DNA of 40,410 bases. Source: a virus (taxonomy: Duplodnaviria > Caudoviricetes). Every line of letters starts with the position of its first letter. The first letter of the stretch is position 1. Below the pieces are notes generated by a model. The model ran no database searches and was not told the DNA's origin. It was given only the letters and a program-made list of their open reading frames with translations. Below, piece by piece: positions 8,814-16,132 of this stretch. The stretch is from positions 1-40,410 of the IMG/VR virus record IMGVR_UViG_3300005805_000005; one strand, written 5' to 3'. Both the position numbers and the translations under genes were made by a program.

Positions 8814-9208
8814 GACACTCGCACGGTCGTGCGTCCTTCGCTGCCGTAGCTCTTCTCGACTACCAGGCGAGCCACGCATGTGTCATCACCGACAACGTCC
8901 TGCAGCGCGTCCAGCACGGCCTTGCCAATGTTGTCCACATCGGGCCTAGGCAGCCGAGGTGCCGTTGGCTTCACGCCACTCTTGTTCATGTGCGACGGCT
9001 TGCGGGCAAACACGGCGTCAATCACGACGTTCAGCGGTTCGTTCGTGGCCGGCACCCCTGCAACTCGAGCCGCTGCGGCGAGCGTCTGCCGGTAGGCATG
9101 CACAGGGTGTGCTTTTGGCACATACGCACGAGCACACCCGCCGCGAGTTGAGACACGCGGCCGAGGCTGCGGAACCGGGTCGCCTTCAACGGTGAACGTC
9201 CACGACAT
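8810..9208 (-). CDS. rusA: RusA-like Holliday junction resolvase
   Basis: GDPVPQPRPR, RPDVDNIGKAVLDAL..DD..V..K.Y. Confidence 0.88.
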   Translation of the reverse strand: MSWTFTVEGDPVPQPRPRVSTRGGCARAYVPKAHPVHAYRQTLAAAARVAGVPATNEPLNVVIDAVFARKPSHMNKSGVKPTAPRLPRPDVDNIGKAVLDALQDVVGDDTCVARLVVEKSYGSEGRTTVRVS

Positions 9209-9965
9209 GCCCTGACGGTAGCGGCGTCGTCAACTCGCCGGCCGTGACGTTGGCAATCCACTCCAGATAGTCGCCGACTCTGGTGTGGCCGCTTTCCTGT
9301 CCGGTCGTGCTCAGCACCTCGCCCTTGCCGTCACGCATGACGATGGAGTGAATGCCGGCCAGCCGGCCACGCACCAAAAGCGCGCCGCCAGAGTCTCCGG
9401 GTGCAGTCAGGATTTCTCTAGCAGATGTGCCAGCACAACCGTGGCAGATCCATAGGCTGCGGTCACGCCGGCAGATGGTATTGGTTCCGGCACGACGCTT
9501 GCCGTCGATGGTGTCGTAGCCTGTCGCGAGCGACCCCGTGGCTCCGTAGCCAACGATCACCACGTCGTCGCCGATGGCCTCTGTGCCGTCCGCTAGCAGC
9601 GGATATGCCGAAAACCCTAGCGGCTCGTCGCATTGCACTAGGGCCAGGTCGTGCTCGCCCATCATGGCGTGTTTAAAACGTGGATGCACGACGATGCGGC
9701 CGATAGACCACGAGCGGCGGTCGGTGTGAACACTGGCCTGCGTGGCGTCATGGACGACGTGAGCGGCGGTCAGCATCCACTGGTCGCCGATCGCCACCGC
9801 CGAGCCGCACCCGAGCTCGCCGTCAGCATTCTCGGTGTAAATCTTGAGCACGTATCCGTGCTGCTCGCCGGCCTCAAGGTAGCGGGCGTCGTCGATGTTC
9901 GGGTCGGTCGTGCCCGCAAAGGCCGACCCAAACAGGCACAGCAGGATGAGCACGAGACGCCCCAT
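9186..9965 (-). CDS. Secreted trypsin-like (S1) serine protease
   Basis: Signal peptide; LTAAHV, HDLAL, GDSGGAL catalytic triad. Confidence 0.9.
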   Translation of the reverse strand: MGRLVLILLCLFGSAFAGTTDPNIDDARYLEAGEQHGYVLKIYTENADGELGCGSAVAIGDQWMLTAAHVVHDATQASVHTDRRSWSIGRIVVHPRFKHAMMGEHDLALVQCDEPLGFSAYPLLADGTEAIGDDVVIVGYGATGSLATGYDTIDGKRRAGTNTICRRDRSLWICHGCAGTSAREILTAPGDSGGALLVRGRLAGIHSIVMRDGKGEVLSTTGQESGHTRVGDYLEWIANVTAGELTTPLPSGHVVDVHR

Positions 9966-9971
9966 GCAGCG

Positions 9972-10002
9972 AGCATCGCATGGGCGTCACGCTGTCTTGC
10001 AG
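9972..10002 (-). promoter_or_regulatory. Putative phage promoter CTGCAAG-N18-GATGCT (leaderless)
   Basis: -10-like hexamer lies 6 nt before ATG 9965. Confidence 0.5.
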
Positions 10003-10124
10003 CGTGTTACGACGCCTGCGTAGCAGCGGTGTAGCGATCGGAGCAGCCGCAGCGTGCAAAAGCGTGGCGTGCTATGCAGCAGTCAGGCGTGCTACGGGTA
10101 ACCGCAGAAACAGTGGTTCTGTGG

Positions 10125-10481
10125 CTACTCGTCGCTTTGTGGCGGGGCCGGGAGCGGCATCCAGTGGGTTGGCGTCGCGTATGCCTTGTTTCCGCGAATG
10201 TCTACCCATCCCGCGAGCCCCTCGTGCTGTAGCACTTCGCACCAGCCGTCAAAGTCATCAACGCACAGGACCGGCTTTCCGCTTTCCGGCAGCGACTGGC
10301 CCACAGGAATCCAACGCGGAATCTTTTCCCACAGTGCCCGCATGGCGTTGTCAGTGAGCGTGTCAGTCTCGTCGTATGTCCATTCCGCTCCACAGTGGTC
10401 GCAGACTCCGCTTCCGGTGTACCCAAAGTGCGGATACGTCCCCGTTCGGCACAGTGGACATTCAATCCTCTTCTCGTTCAC
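10125..10481 (-). CDS. Zn-ribbon + DUF551 protein (cassette 1)
   Basis: CPLC..CDHC; WIPVGQSLP..VL..PTHWMPLPAPP; GAGGAGG RBS. Confidence 0.8.
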   Translation of the reverse strand: MNEKRIECPLCRTGTYPHFGYTGSGVCDHCGAEWTYDETDTLTDNAMRALWEKIPRWIPVGQSLPESGKPVLCVDDFDGWCEVLQHEGLAGWVDIRGNKAYATPTHWMPLPAPPQSDE

Positions 10482-10511
10482 GATGCGTCCTCCTCGTCAC
10501 ACTCTACGCTC

Positions 10512-10560
10512 ACAGAACCACGCGATGCAGCGGACGAGCCGCTGATCGCTGGCGTTCTGT
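10512..10560 (+). repeat. attC-like site 1 (49 bp)
   Basis: ACAGAAC-CACGC-GATGCAGCGG-ACGAG-CCGCTGATC-GCTGGC-GTTCTGT. Confidence 0.8.
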
Positions 10561-10563
10561 GAA

Positions 10564-10992
10564 CTACTTGCTATCCGTTGGCGGGGCTGGCATCGGCATC
10601 CAGTGCGTTGGCTGCCAACCGTGCTTCGCTGATCTGATGTGCCAAACCTTGTCAGAGTGCGAGTAGTACCCAATGCTCAGCAGGTGCCCGCCGTCTTGGT
10701 ATTGCAGTGCAACAAAGACATCGTCGCTGCTCTGTCCTGCGCGATGGAGAATCGGCGGAAGTCTCTCCGCTGATTGAATCCACTGCCCGACAGTTATTCC
10801 GTTTAGAACTCGCTCTGCCATGCTCTCGGCAGCCCGCTGACCAGTGCCTTCAAGCATCATGCCTGTTAGCGTGCTGGCAGCAATCAGTTCGTCGCGGCAG
10901 TCACGCAGGCACCTTGTCACTTCAAACTCTTCGATCTCAGCCTGCGGCGTGTTCGCCAGCAGGGCGTCGATTCGTGCAATGATGTCGTTCAT
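10564..10992 (-). CDS. DUF551 domain protein (cassette 2)
   Basis: WIQSAERLP..V..QPTHWMPMPAPP. Confidence 0.8.
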   Translation of the reverse strand: MNDIIARIDALLANTPQAEIEEFEVTRCLRDCRDELIAASTLTGMMLEGTGQRAAESMAERVLNGITVGQWIQSAERLPPILHRAGQSSDDVFVALQYQDGGHLLSIGYYSHSDKVWHIRSAKHGWQPTHWMPMPAPPTDSK

Positions 10993-11010
10993 GTCTCAAT
11001 CTCTACGCTC

Positions 11011-11066
11011 ACAGAACCAGCGGATGAAGCGGACGGCGAAGCCGTCGCTTATCCTGCGCGTTCTGT
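11011..11066 (+). repeat. attC-like site 2 (56 bp)
   Basis: ACAGAAC-CAGCG-GATGAAGCGGACGGC-GAA-GCCGTCGCTTATC-CTGCGC-GTTCTGT. Confidence 0.8.
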
Positions 11067-11068
11067 GG

Positions 11069-11362
11069 CTACTTGTTGCTGAACTGGTACACGGGGTTGA
11101 TGTGCGGAATCCTCGCTCCTGCCGCGACCGGTCCAAACGAGGAATCTTCCACTTGAATCATGACGTTTCCGCGTTCGCTGATTCCGCATGACGCCACGCG
11201 AGCCGTGGAAGGAATCGCATCCTCGACGCATGACAACTCCTGCCCGTTGATCGTAACCCTTCGATCTTCGTTGATGGTGAGCAGCGAAAGAATCAAGTCG
11301 GGCGTGACTTCCAGCAGCCGCAGGTGCCGAGTCTTGTCCTCGACCAACGCTTCGTATCCCAT
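11069..11362 (-). CDS. Hypothetical protein (cassette 3)
   Basis: ORF fills the space between attC-like sites 2 and 3; AAAGGAG RBS. Confidence 0.75.
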   Translation of the reverse strand: MGYEALVEDKTRHLRLLEVTPDLILSLLTINEDRRVTINGQELSCVEDAIPSTARVASCGISERGNVMIQVEDSSFGPVAAGARIPHINPVYQFSNK

Positions 11363-11385
11363 CGTCAACTCCTTTCACTACGCTC

Positions 11386-11434
11386 ACAGAACCACGCGAT
11401 GCAGCGGACGGGCCGCTGATCGCTGGCGTTCTGC
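11386..11434 (+). repeat. attC-like site 3 (49 bp)
   Basis: Near-identical to site 1 but ends GTTCTGC. Confidence 0.8.
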
Positions 11435-11436
11435 TG

Positions 11437-12309
11437 CTAGTTCCCACAGTACCCTTCGCACTCGTCTTGAAACCCTCGCAGGTGCCGGAACATATTCATC
11501 TGCCCGCTCTTCTCGTCTGCGGGCCGCAGGTCAACCTCGTCCAGCGGCACGCACGCCTTGTGGACGAATCGCTCGGCCTTGAAACTGCCGCTTCGGCGGC
11601 ACACCTTGTCGATGTAGACCGCTCGCTCCCAGCCCTTTGAGTCCTCGTCTCGCAGCCGCCGCCACTCTTCGTCGGACTTGAACGGGCAGAAGACGCAGGC
11701 CGACCGTGGCGTCTCATACGGCATACGGTCCTTCAGGTATGCCTTGCAGTCGCTGCGATCCCATTGCATTTCCCACAGCGGAAACTTTGCCAGCCAATTC
11801 GACGGCTTGGCGAGGTATCGCTGCTTCACGCGAATTACCCGCTTCGGTTCATCAAAAGACAGCCCCATGTATTGAACGATCACATGCTCTTTTGGAACAG
11901 GCCGCCCGCTCGGAACCGACAGCGATTCCCGTATCCACTTTTCAATCGGCTTGATCTTGAAGTCTGCCGTGCATTGCCGCTGGGAAATGCCTTTCTCGCC
12001 GGTCGGCAAAAGCGTATACGCCGGGATGCTGATAAAATGGCTTCCGTCACGCATCTTGTTTCCAGCAGCATCCGCCCCGTCTTCCAGTGCCTTGCCAAGG
12101 CTACCCGCCGTCGTCCGAATGATCGGCGGCCCGCCTTGCTTCTCCAGCCATTCCAGGTGCCGGTACACCTCGTCAGGCTCCTCCTGCGTGTCGGCAAAGA
12201 TGGCGGCGTCAAATCGCGGCACCTCAGGCTCGTCGCCGTCGATACTCAGGAGATACAGGGCCGTGGACTGAACGCCCGCGCCAAGATTCAGGAAGTGGTG
12301 CTCAGGCAT
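11437..12309 (-). CDS. PAPS-reductase-like / adenine nucleotide alpha-hydrolase protein (cassette 4)
   Basis: NLGAGVQST PP-loop, AIFADTQEE, RQCTADFKI, PRSACVFCPF, C-terminal ECEGYCG. Confidence 0.8.
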   Translation of the reverse strand: MPEHHFLNLGAGVQSTALYLLSIDGDEPEVPRFDAAIFADTQEEPDEVYRHLEWLEKQGGPPIIRTTAGSLGKALEDGADAAGNKMRDGSHFISIPAYTLLPTGEKGISQRQCTADFKIKPIEKWIRESLSVPSGRPVPKEHVIVQYMGLSFDEPKRVIRVKQRYLAKPSNWLAKFPLWEMQWDRSDCKAYLKDRMPYETPRSACVFCPFKSDEEWRRLRDEDSKGWERAVYIDKVCRRSGSFKAERFVHKACVPLDEVDLRPADEKSGQMNMFRHLRGFQDECEGYCGN

Positions 12310-12332
12310 TTCTCATCCCCCACGCGGACGCA

Positions 12333-12421
12333 GCAGAACCAGACGATGCAACGGACGGCCCTGCTACGTCATGTGTCATGGTGAATTCTCCGGTGGCCGC
12401 CGTTGATCTTTCGTGTTCACC
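12333..12421 (+). repeat. attC-like site 4 (89 bp)
   Basis: GCAGAAC-CAGAC-GAT(G)CAACGG(A)CGGCC..GGCCGCCGTTGATC-TTTCGT-GTTCACC; two extrahelical bases. Confidence 0.8.
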
Positions 12422-12620
12422 GCAACCTAGCAATCTCGCGCGCCTGCCTCAGTATCTCCTCGTGCAGTGCCCGCTCGTTGTCAAACGTGACCCTCCAGCC
12501 GTCACGCTCTATTTGCAGCCGCTCAATCTCGTCCGCTGCCTCCGCGAGCAGCGCCGAGCGGTCTAGCGCACGACACGCACGGACGCTCTCGCGGAGACGG
12601 TGGACGAGGTCGTCGCTCAT
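12417..12620 (-). CDS. Hypothetical phage protein
   Basis: MSDDLVHRLR..EAADEIERL motif common in phage early genes; ATGA overlap. Confidence 0.7.
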   Translation of the reverse strand: MSDDLVHRLRESVRACRALDRSALLAEAADEIERLQIERDGWRVTFDNERALHEEILRQAREIARLR

Positions 12621-13003
12621 GCCCTGGCCCCTTGCGGCGCGTACTCGCCTCGACGCCACGCACTTACCTTGCCGATGGTCGTGTTGTGCCTCTCGCACCG
12701 CCGCTGCTGATAGTGCCGCTCGCGAAGCTCTCGTGCTCGAGCCTCTACCCACGGTGACAGAGCAAGTCCGCCCAGAGAAGCCGCCTCGTCCTCCGGTGAC
12801 GGTGCTGGCGGCTCCTGCGAAACAGGCACGTAGTCAATCTTTCGCCTCGGCAGACGATACCGCTGAGCCCAGTCGTAGATCGTGCTCGTTGACACCTTGA
12901 AACGAACAGCGATCTCTGCCTTGGTGCGGCCCTCGGCCCACATGGCAAACAACGTGGCCACATCGCCGCCAGTGTGGTGATTCATCTTCGACTTTGCTGG
13001 CAT
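12617..13003 (-). CDS. HTH DNA-binding protein (GcrA-like)
   Basis: LFAMWAEGRTKAEIAVRFKVSTSTIYDWAQRYRLPRR. Confidence 0.7.
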   Translation of the reverse strand: MPAKSKMNHHTGGDVATLFAMWAEGRTKAEIAVRFKVSTSTIYDWAQRYRLPRRKIDYVPVSQEPPAPSPEDEAASLGGLALSPWVEARARELRERHYQQRRCERHNTTIGKVSAWRRGEYAPQGARA

Positions 13004-14106
13004 CAGGCATCCTCCGACAGCGGCATGATGACGCCACGGTACTCGCCGCACGTCAGCGTCACAGCGCCGCCGGGCCCGGTCGTGTGAATCGACACGTTCG
13101 GCTCCTCGTCGCTCGGCAAGCCGTGCAGGTACTCAATCACGAATCGAGGATCCATCTTGACCTTGCACGACGTGCCGGCATGCACAACGTCGCACCGCAC
13201 CTTGCTTTCGCCGTACTCCGATGACTTGCCGGTGAGCACCAGAGAATCACTAAAGTCGTACAGCACGCCCTTGGACTGCTCGCTGGTCACGACGCCGGCC
13301 GCTCTGGTGGCTGCCAAGAGCTCGCCGCGGTCAACCGCGTGCGGCTGAGTGCTTGCCTCGGGAAACACGTCACGCCACCGAGGAAACTTGCCCTCAAGCA
13401 GGCGAGCCGTCAGCACGCCACCGTCGAATGTAAACACCACGTCGCTCTTGGTGGCCTCGATCTGCACCGAGCCCTCGCTACGCTCAGCAAGCGTAGATGC
13501 GAATCGCATGGCCACGGCAGGGACCAGCGTCTGTGAGTCGTCCACCGCCTGGTCGGTTTCAGTCTGAACCGCCGAGAGCCGCCGGCCATCGGTGCCCACA
13601 AACGTAGGGTCGCCACCAGTCACGTCGATGAGCACCGCACCAAGGGCGTAGCGGCTGGACTCGCTATCCGTGGCATACGACACGGCACGAATTGCCCTGA
13701 CGAACTGGTCGGCCGGCAGGCGGCACACAGGCCTGGCGTCAGCAGGCTCCCAAATCGGGTACTCAGCCACGTCTTCGCTTGGCAGTGTCCACGATCCACG
13801 ACCGCACTTAATCTTCACGATGCCGCCGCTGTGCGTCAGCGTCACGTCGTCGCCGTGGCTGCATGTCCGCAAGATGGCCAGCAGCCTGTCTGCGGGCAGC
13901 AACATAGGCTCGCACTGCTCGCCGATTTCTCGGTCAATGCGGATCTCCAGGTTCGTGCCCGTCACTAGCCCGTCACCGATGCGGACGTTGCCCAATATGG
14001 GCTTCGCTCCACGACTCGACACGACTCTAGTCACGTCCTGCAAGGCCGCCAGCAGCGTGCCGGCCTGCATGGTCAGTCCAGTTCTCTCCCTAGTTGCTGT
14101 CGCCAT
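13003..14106 (-). CDS. dnaN: DNA polymerase III beta sliding clamp
   Basis: KPILGNV, GTNLEI, SRYALGAV, VGTDGRRL, RLLEGKFPRW, C-terminal VIMP; about 367 aa. Confidence 0.92.
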   Translation of the reverse strand: MATATRERTGLTMQAGTLLAALQDVTRVVSSRGAKPILGNVRIGDGLVTGTNLEIRIDREIGEQCEPMLLPADRLLAILRTCSHGDDVTLTHSGGIVKIKCGRGSWTLPSEDVAEYPIWEPADARPVCRLPADQFVRAIRAVSYATDSESSRYALGAVLIDVTGGDPTFVGTDGRRLSAVQTETDQAVDDSQTLVPAVAMRFASTLAERSEGSVQIEATKSDVVFTFDGGVLTARLLEGKFPRWRDVFPEASTQPHAVDRGELLAATRAAGVVTSEQSKGVLYDFSDSLVLTGKSSEYGESKVRCDVVHAGTSCKVKMDPRFVIEYLHGLPSDEEPNVSIHTTGPGGAVTLTCGEYRGVIMPLSEDA

Positions 14107-14215
14107 TCCGTGGCTCCTTTCGCGCAAGTGTCATCCCCACCAAAATGCCGAGCACGAACGTCGCGCCCAGCAGTGTTTCGCCGATCGAGATCCAGACAAA
14201 GTCGGTGATGCTCAT
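14090..14215 (-). CDS. Small single-TM protein
   Basis: 41 aa, hydrophobic core, ATGA overlap. Confidence 0.55.
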   Translation of the reverse strand: MSITDFVWISIGETLLGATFVLGILVGMTLARKEPRNGDSN

Positions 14216-14469
14216 AGACCAGACCCAGCATCGTCGTCCTCGAGAAGCGGCCAGGTCTTCGGCTGCGTCCTGGCTTCGATTTGCTCGAAATAGCACGCCT
14301 GACGCACCAGCCGGTCCTGCAGCTGCAGGATGGCGTCGGCAGCCTCAAGTGCCGTCCGCTGATTGCGGCGGATCTCTTTCCGCATCTCACGGTACGCAGA
14401 CCTACGGCACGCCTCGTCGCAGCAGCGTGCAAACTCACGCAGACGGGACACGATTACGTCAGGCGTCAT
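14212..14469 (-). CDS. Hypothetical protein
   Basis: 85-aa ORF, overlaps neighbours. Confidence 0.65.
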   Translation of the reverse strand: MTPDVIVSRLREFARCCDEACRRSAYREMRKEIRRNQRTALEAADAILQLQDRLVRQACYFEQIEARTQPKTWPLLEDDDAGSGL

Positions 14470-14686
14470 AGATCACCTCGATGTTGCGAGCCTTGCCTGG
14501 CGTGCGGCGAATGGCACCCTTTCGCTCCAGTGCGTCCAGGTGGACGGTTGCAGCGTGCGGCGACTTCGCACCAATCGCCTTGGCGATCTGCCTGACGGTT
14601 GGCGAGTAGAGCGCCATGTTGTCACGGATGAAATCCAGCACCTGCTGCTGGCGAGCGGTAAGCCGCTCCTTGGCGGTCTGCGTCAT
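14459..14686 (-). CDS. LexA DNA-binding domain-only protein
   Basis: LTARQQQVLDFI..PTVRQIAKAIG..S..HLDALERKGAIRR; no peptidase domain. Confidence 0.85.
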   Translation of the reverse strand: MTQTAKERLTARQQQVLDFIRDNMALYSPTVRQIAKAIGAKSPHAATVHLDALERKGAIRRTPGKARNIEVIYDA

Positions 14687-15546
14687 AGATCCTCCTCCTT
14701 GAGTTTCACAGCCTCGGCAAGCGCCACGACCTCGTGCGGCCGGCGGTAGGGTGCCGGCCGGTACTCGTCCTTCCACGCCTTCGGTGGCGGCTTGTCGTCG
14801 GGACGCTTGCCAGGCTCACGGTTCGTGCCGCCCTTGTCCTGGCACCGGGACAGCCAACGCACGACGAAGGCCCGCCAGTTTCGGCGGCCGGCTCGGCTCG
14901 GGTTTGCCTTGAGCCAGGCGGTGGCCTTGGCCAGTTCCTGGTCTAGGACGGCACCAGGGAACGCTTCGGCCCACTCCTGGCGGTCTGCGTCCGTGATGCC
15001 CTGCCAGCCGGATTCCGAAGACCACGACACGGCGGACTTCGCCCGCGAGCGAGCCGCAGGCTTGCTCGTGGGAACCGGCGCAGCCGGTTGTATTTCTTCT
15101 TCTCTCCTGTCCTCTCCTGTCTTCTCCTGTAGTGACGCCGCAGCGCCACCACCCTGTGACGGTGGTGCGTCACACCCCTGTGACGGTGCACCGTCACGCG
15201 AGCGCCACCGGTAGGAATCCTGCCGTTTTGCGTGGGTCGCACGCGCCTTTGCAGCCTGTGAAAACCGCTTTTCCCACCCAGCTATGACGATGGTGCCGCT
15301 CAAAAACGTCACCCATCCGACCCGCTCAACAGCCAGCCAGAACGCCTCGTCCCCGCCGGCGACAGCCGCAACACGCCTGGGCGTGGCCCGGATCGTGCCG
15401 TCTGACGAGTTGAGGGCAGCCCATGACCACAACTGGATGAGACGCCAGCAGACAACCTCAACAGGCAGCCCGGTTTCGTCCACCAGTTCGAGCACCTCGG
15501 GCTTGGTGCCGAGGTTGCAGTCAAGGGGAATCCATTCACCGGCCAT
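14683..15546 (-). CDS. Putative replication initiator
   Basis: MAGEWIPLDCNLGTKPEV N-terminus, internal repeat linker, helical C-terminal domain (WLKANP..NWRAFVVRWL). Confidence 0.7.
   Translation of the reverse strand: MAGEWIPLDCNLGTKPEVLELVDETGLPVEVVCWRLIQLWSWAALNSSDGTIRATPRRVAAVAGGDEAFWLAVERVGWVTFLSGTIVIAGWEKRFSQAAKARATHAKRQDSYRWRSRDGAPSQGCDAPPSQGGGAAASLQEKTGEDRREEEIQPAAPVPTSKPAARSRAKSAVSWSSESGWQGITDADRQEWAEAFPGAVLDQELAKATAWLKANPSRAGRRNWRAFVVRWLSRCQDKGGTNREPGKRPDDKPPPKAWKDEYRPAPYRRPHEVVALAEAVKLKEEDL
15131..15198. repeat. GTGACG iteron-like repeats, putative replication origin
   Basis: Five GTGACG/CGTCAC copies, including CCCTGTGACGGTG twice, inside the initiator linker as in lambdoid O genes. 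Confidence 0.5.
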
Positions 15547-15556
15547 GGAAAGACTC

Positions 15557-16132
15557 CTAGCTTCGGCTGACCAACTCTCGCTCAACATCAAAGCCAAGGG
15601 CCGCTGTTTCCACCACCTGAAACTTCCTTGTCTTGTGGTGCCGACGGAACGGACGTTCGTTAAATGTGTCCGGGTGCATGTCAAAACGCATCAGCTTCAA
15701 AAGCTGGTTGACGGTGATGTCTTTCCACTCCATGCCGGCCTGATGACTGCGGATGAATCGGCCCCACTTAATCCACTCGGAATCGTCTGGTGTCGTGCCG
15801 CTAATGCGGACAACGGACACGCCAAAGTTCACTAACTGCTGGCCATGCCACCTCATCTGAGGTTGAATCATTGCGTGCTTTTTTCTGTACGTGTCCGCCT
15901 GACTGTCTGTCAGATTCCCGCCCCTTGTCTTCCACTCAATCTCCATGAACACCTGCAGTTCACGGGTTCCGAGTCTGTCAACGCACGTTTTGTATCTGTG
16001 CCAAAAGGCATCAACGTCTGTCTGGACAACACCGCACTCTTGCGAAAATGCTGGCAAATCGCCCGTCTTTCCTTTTTCGCGGCACCATGCCATAAGCGGG
16101 ATGTCGCTACCGAAAAGCCTGTCCCTCGTCAT
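15557..16132 (-). CDS. Hypothetical protein, possible PD-(D/E)xK nuclease
   Basis: TDVD..MEIEWK motif; coupled to the MTase. Confidence 0.5.
   Translation of the reverse strand: MTRDRLFGSDIPLMAWCREKGKTGDLPAFSQECGVVQTDVDAFWHRYKTCVDRLGTRELQVFMEIEWKTRGGNLTDSQADTYRKKHAMIQPQMRWHGQQLVNFGVSVVRISGTTPDDSEWIKWGRFIRSHQAGMEWKDITVNQLLKLMRFDMHPDTFNERPFRRHHKTRKFQVVETAALGFDVERELVSRS

Larger units (their letters stand above)
10116..12421 (+). mobile_element. Integron-like gene cassette array (4 cassettes, 4 attC-like sites, no IntI; CALIN-like)
   Basis: Four single ORFs, each bounded by a GTTCTG core and an attC-like hairpin. Confidence 0.8.

Noticed and set aside
10500-11440. Repeats as a CRISPR array
   Set aside because: Spacers are whole genes of 300-900 bp, the repeats have attC architecture, and no cas genes are present
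11437-12309. Dnd phosphorothioation system
   Set aside because: Only a lone PAPS-reductase-like gene; no dndB/D/E or cysteine desulfurase
10512-12421. Hairpins as Rho-independent terminators
   Set aside because: No U-tracts; conserved bulges, 5/6-nt spacers and AAC/GTT ends fit recombination sites better
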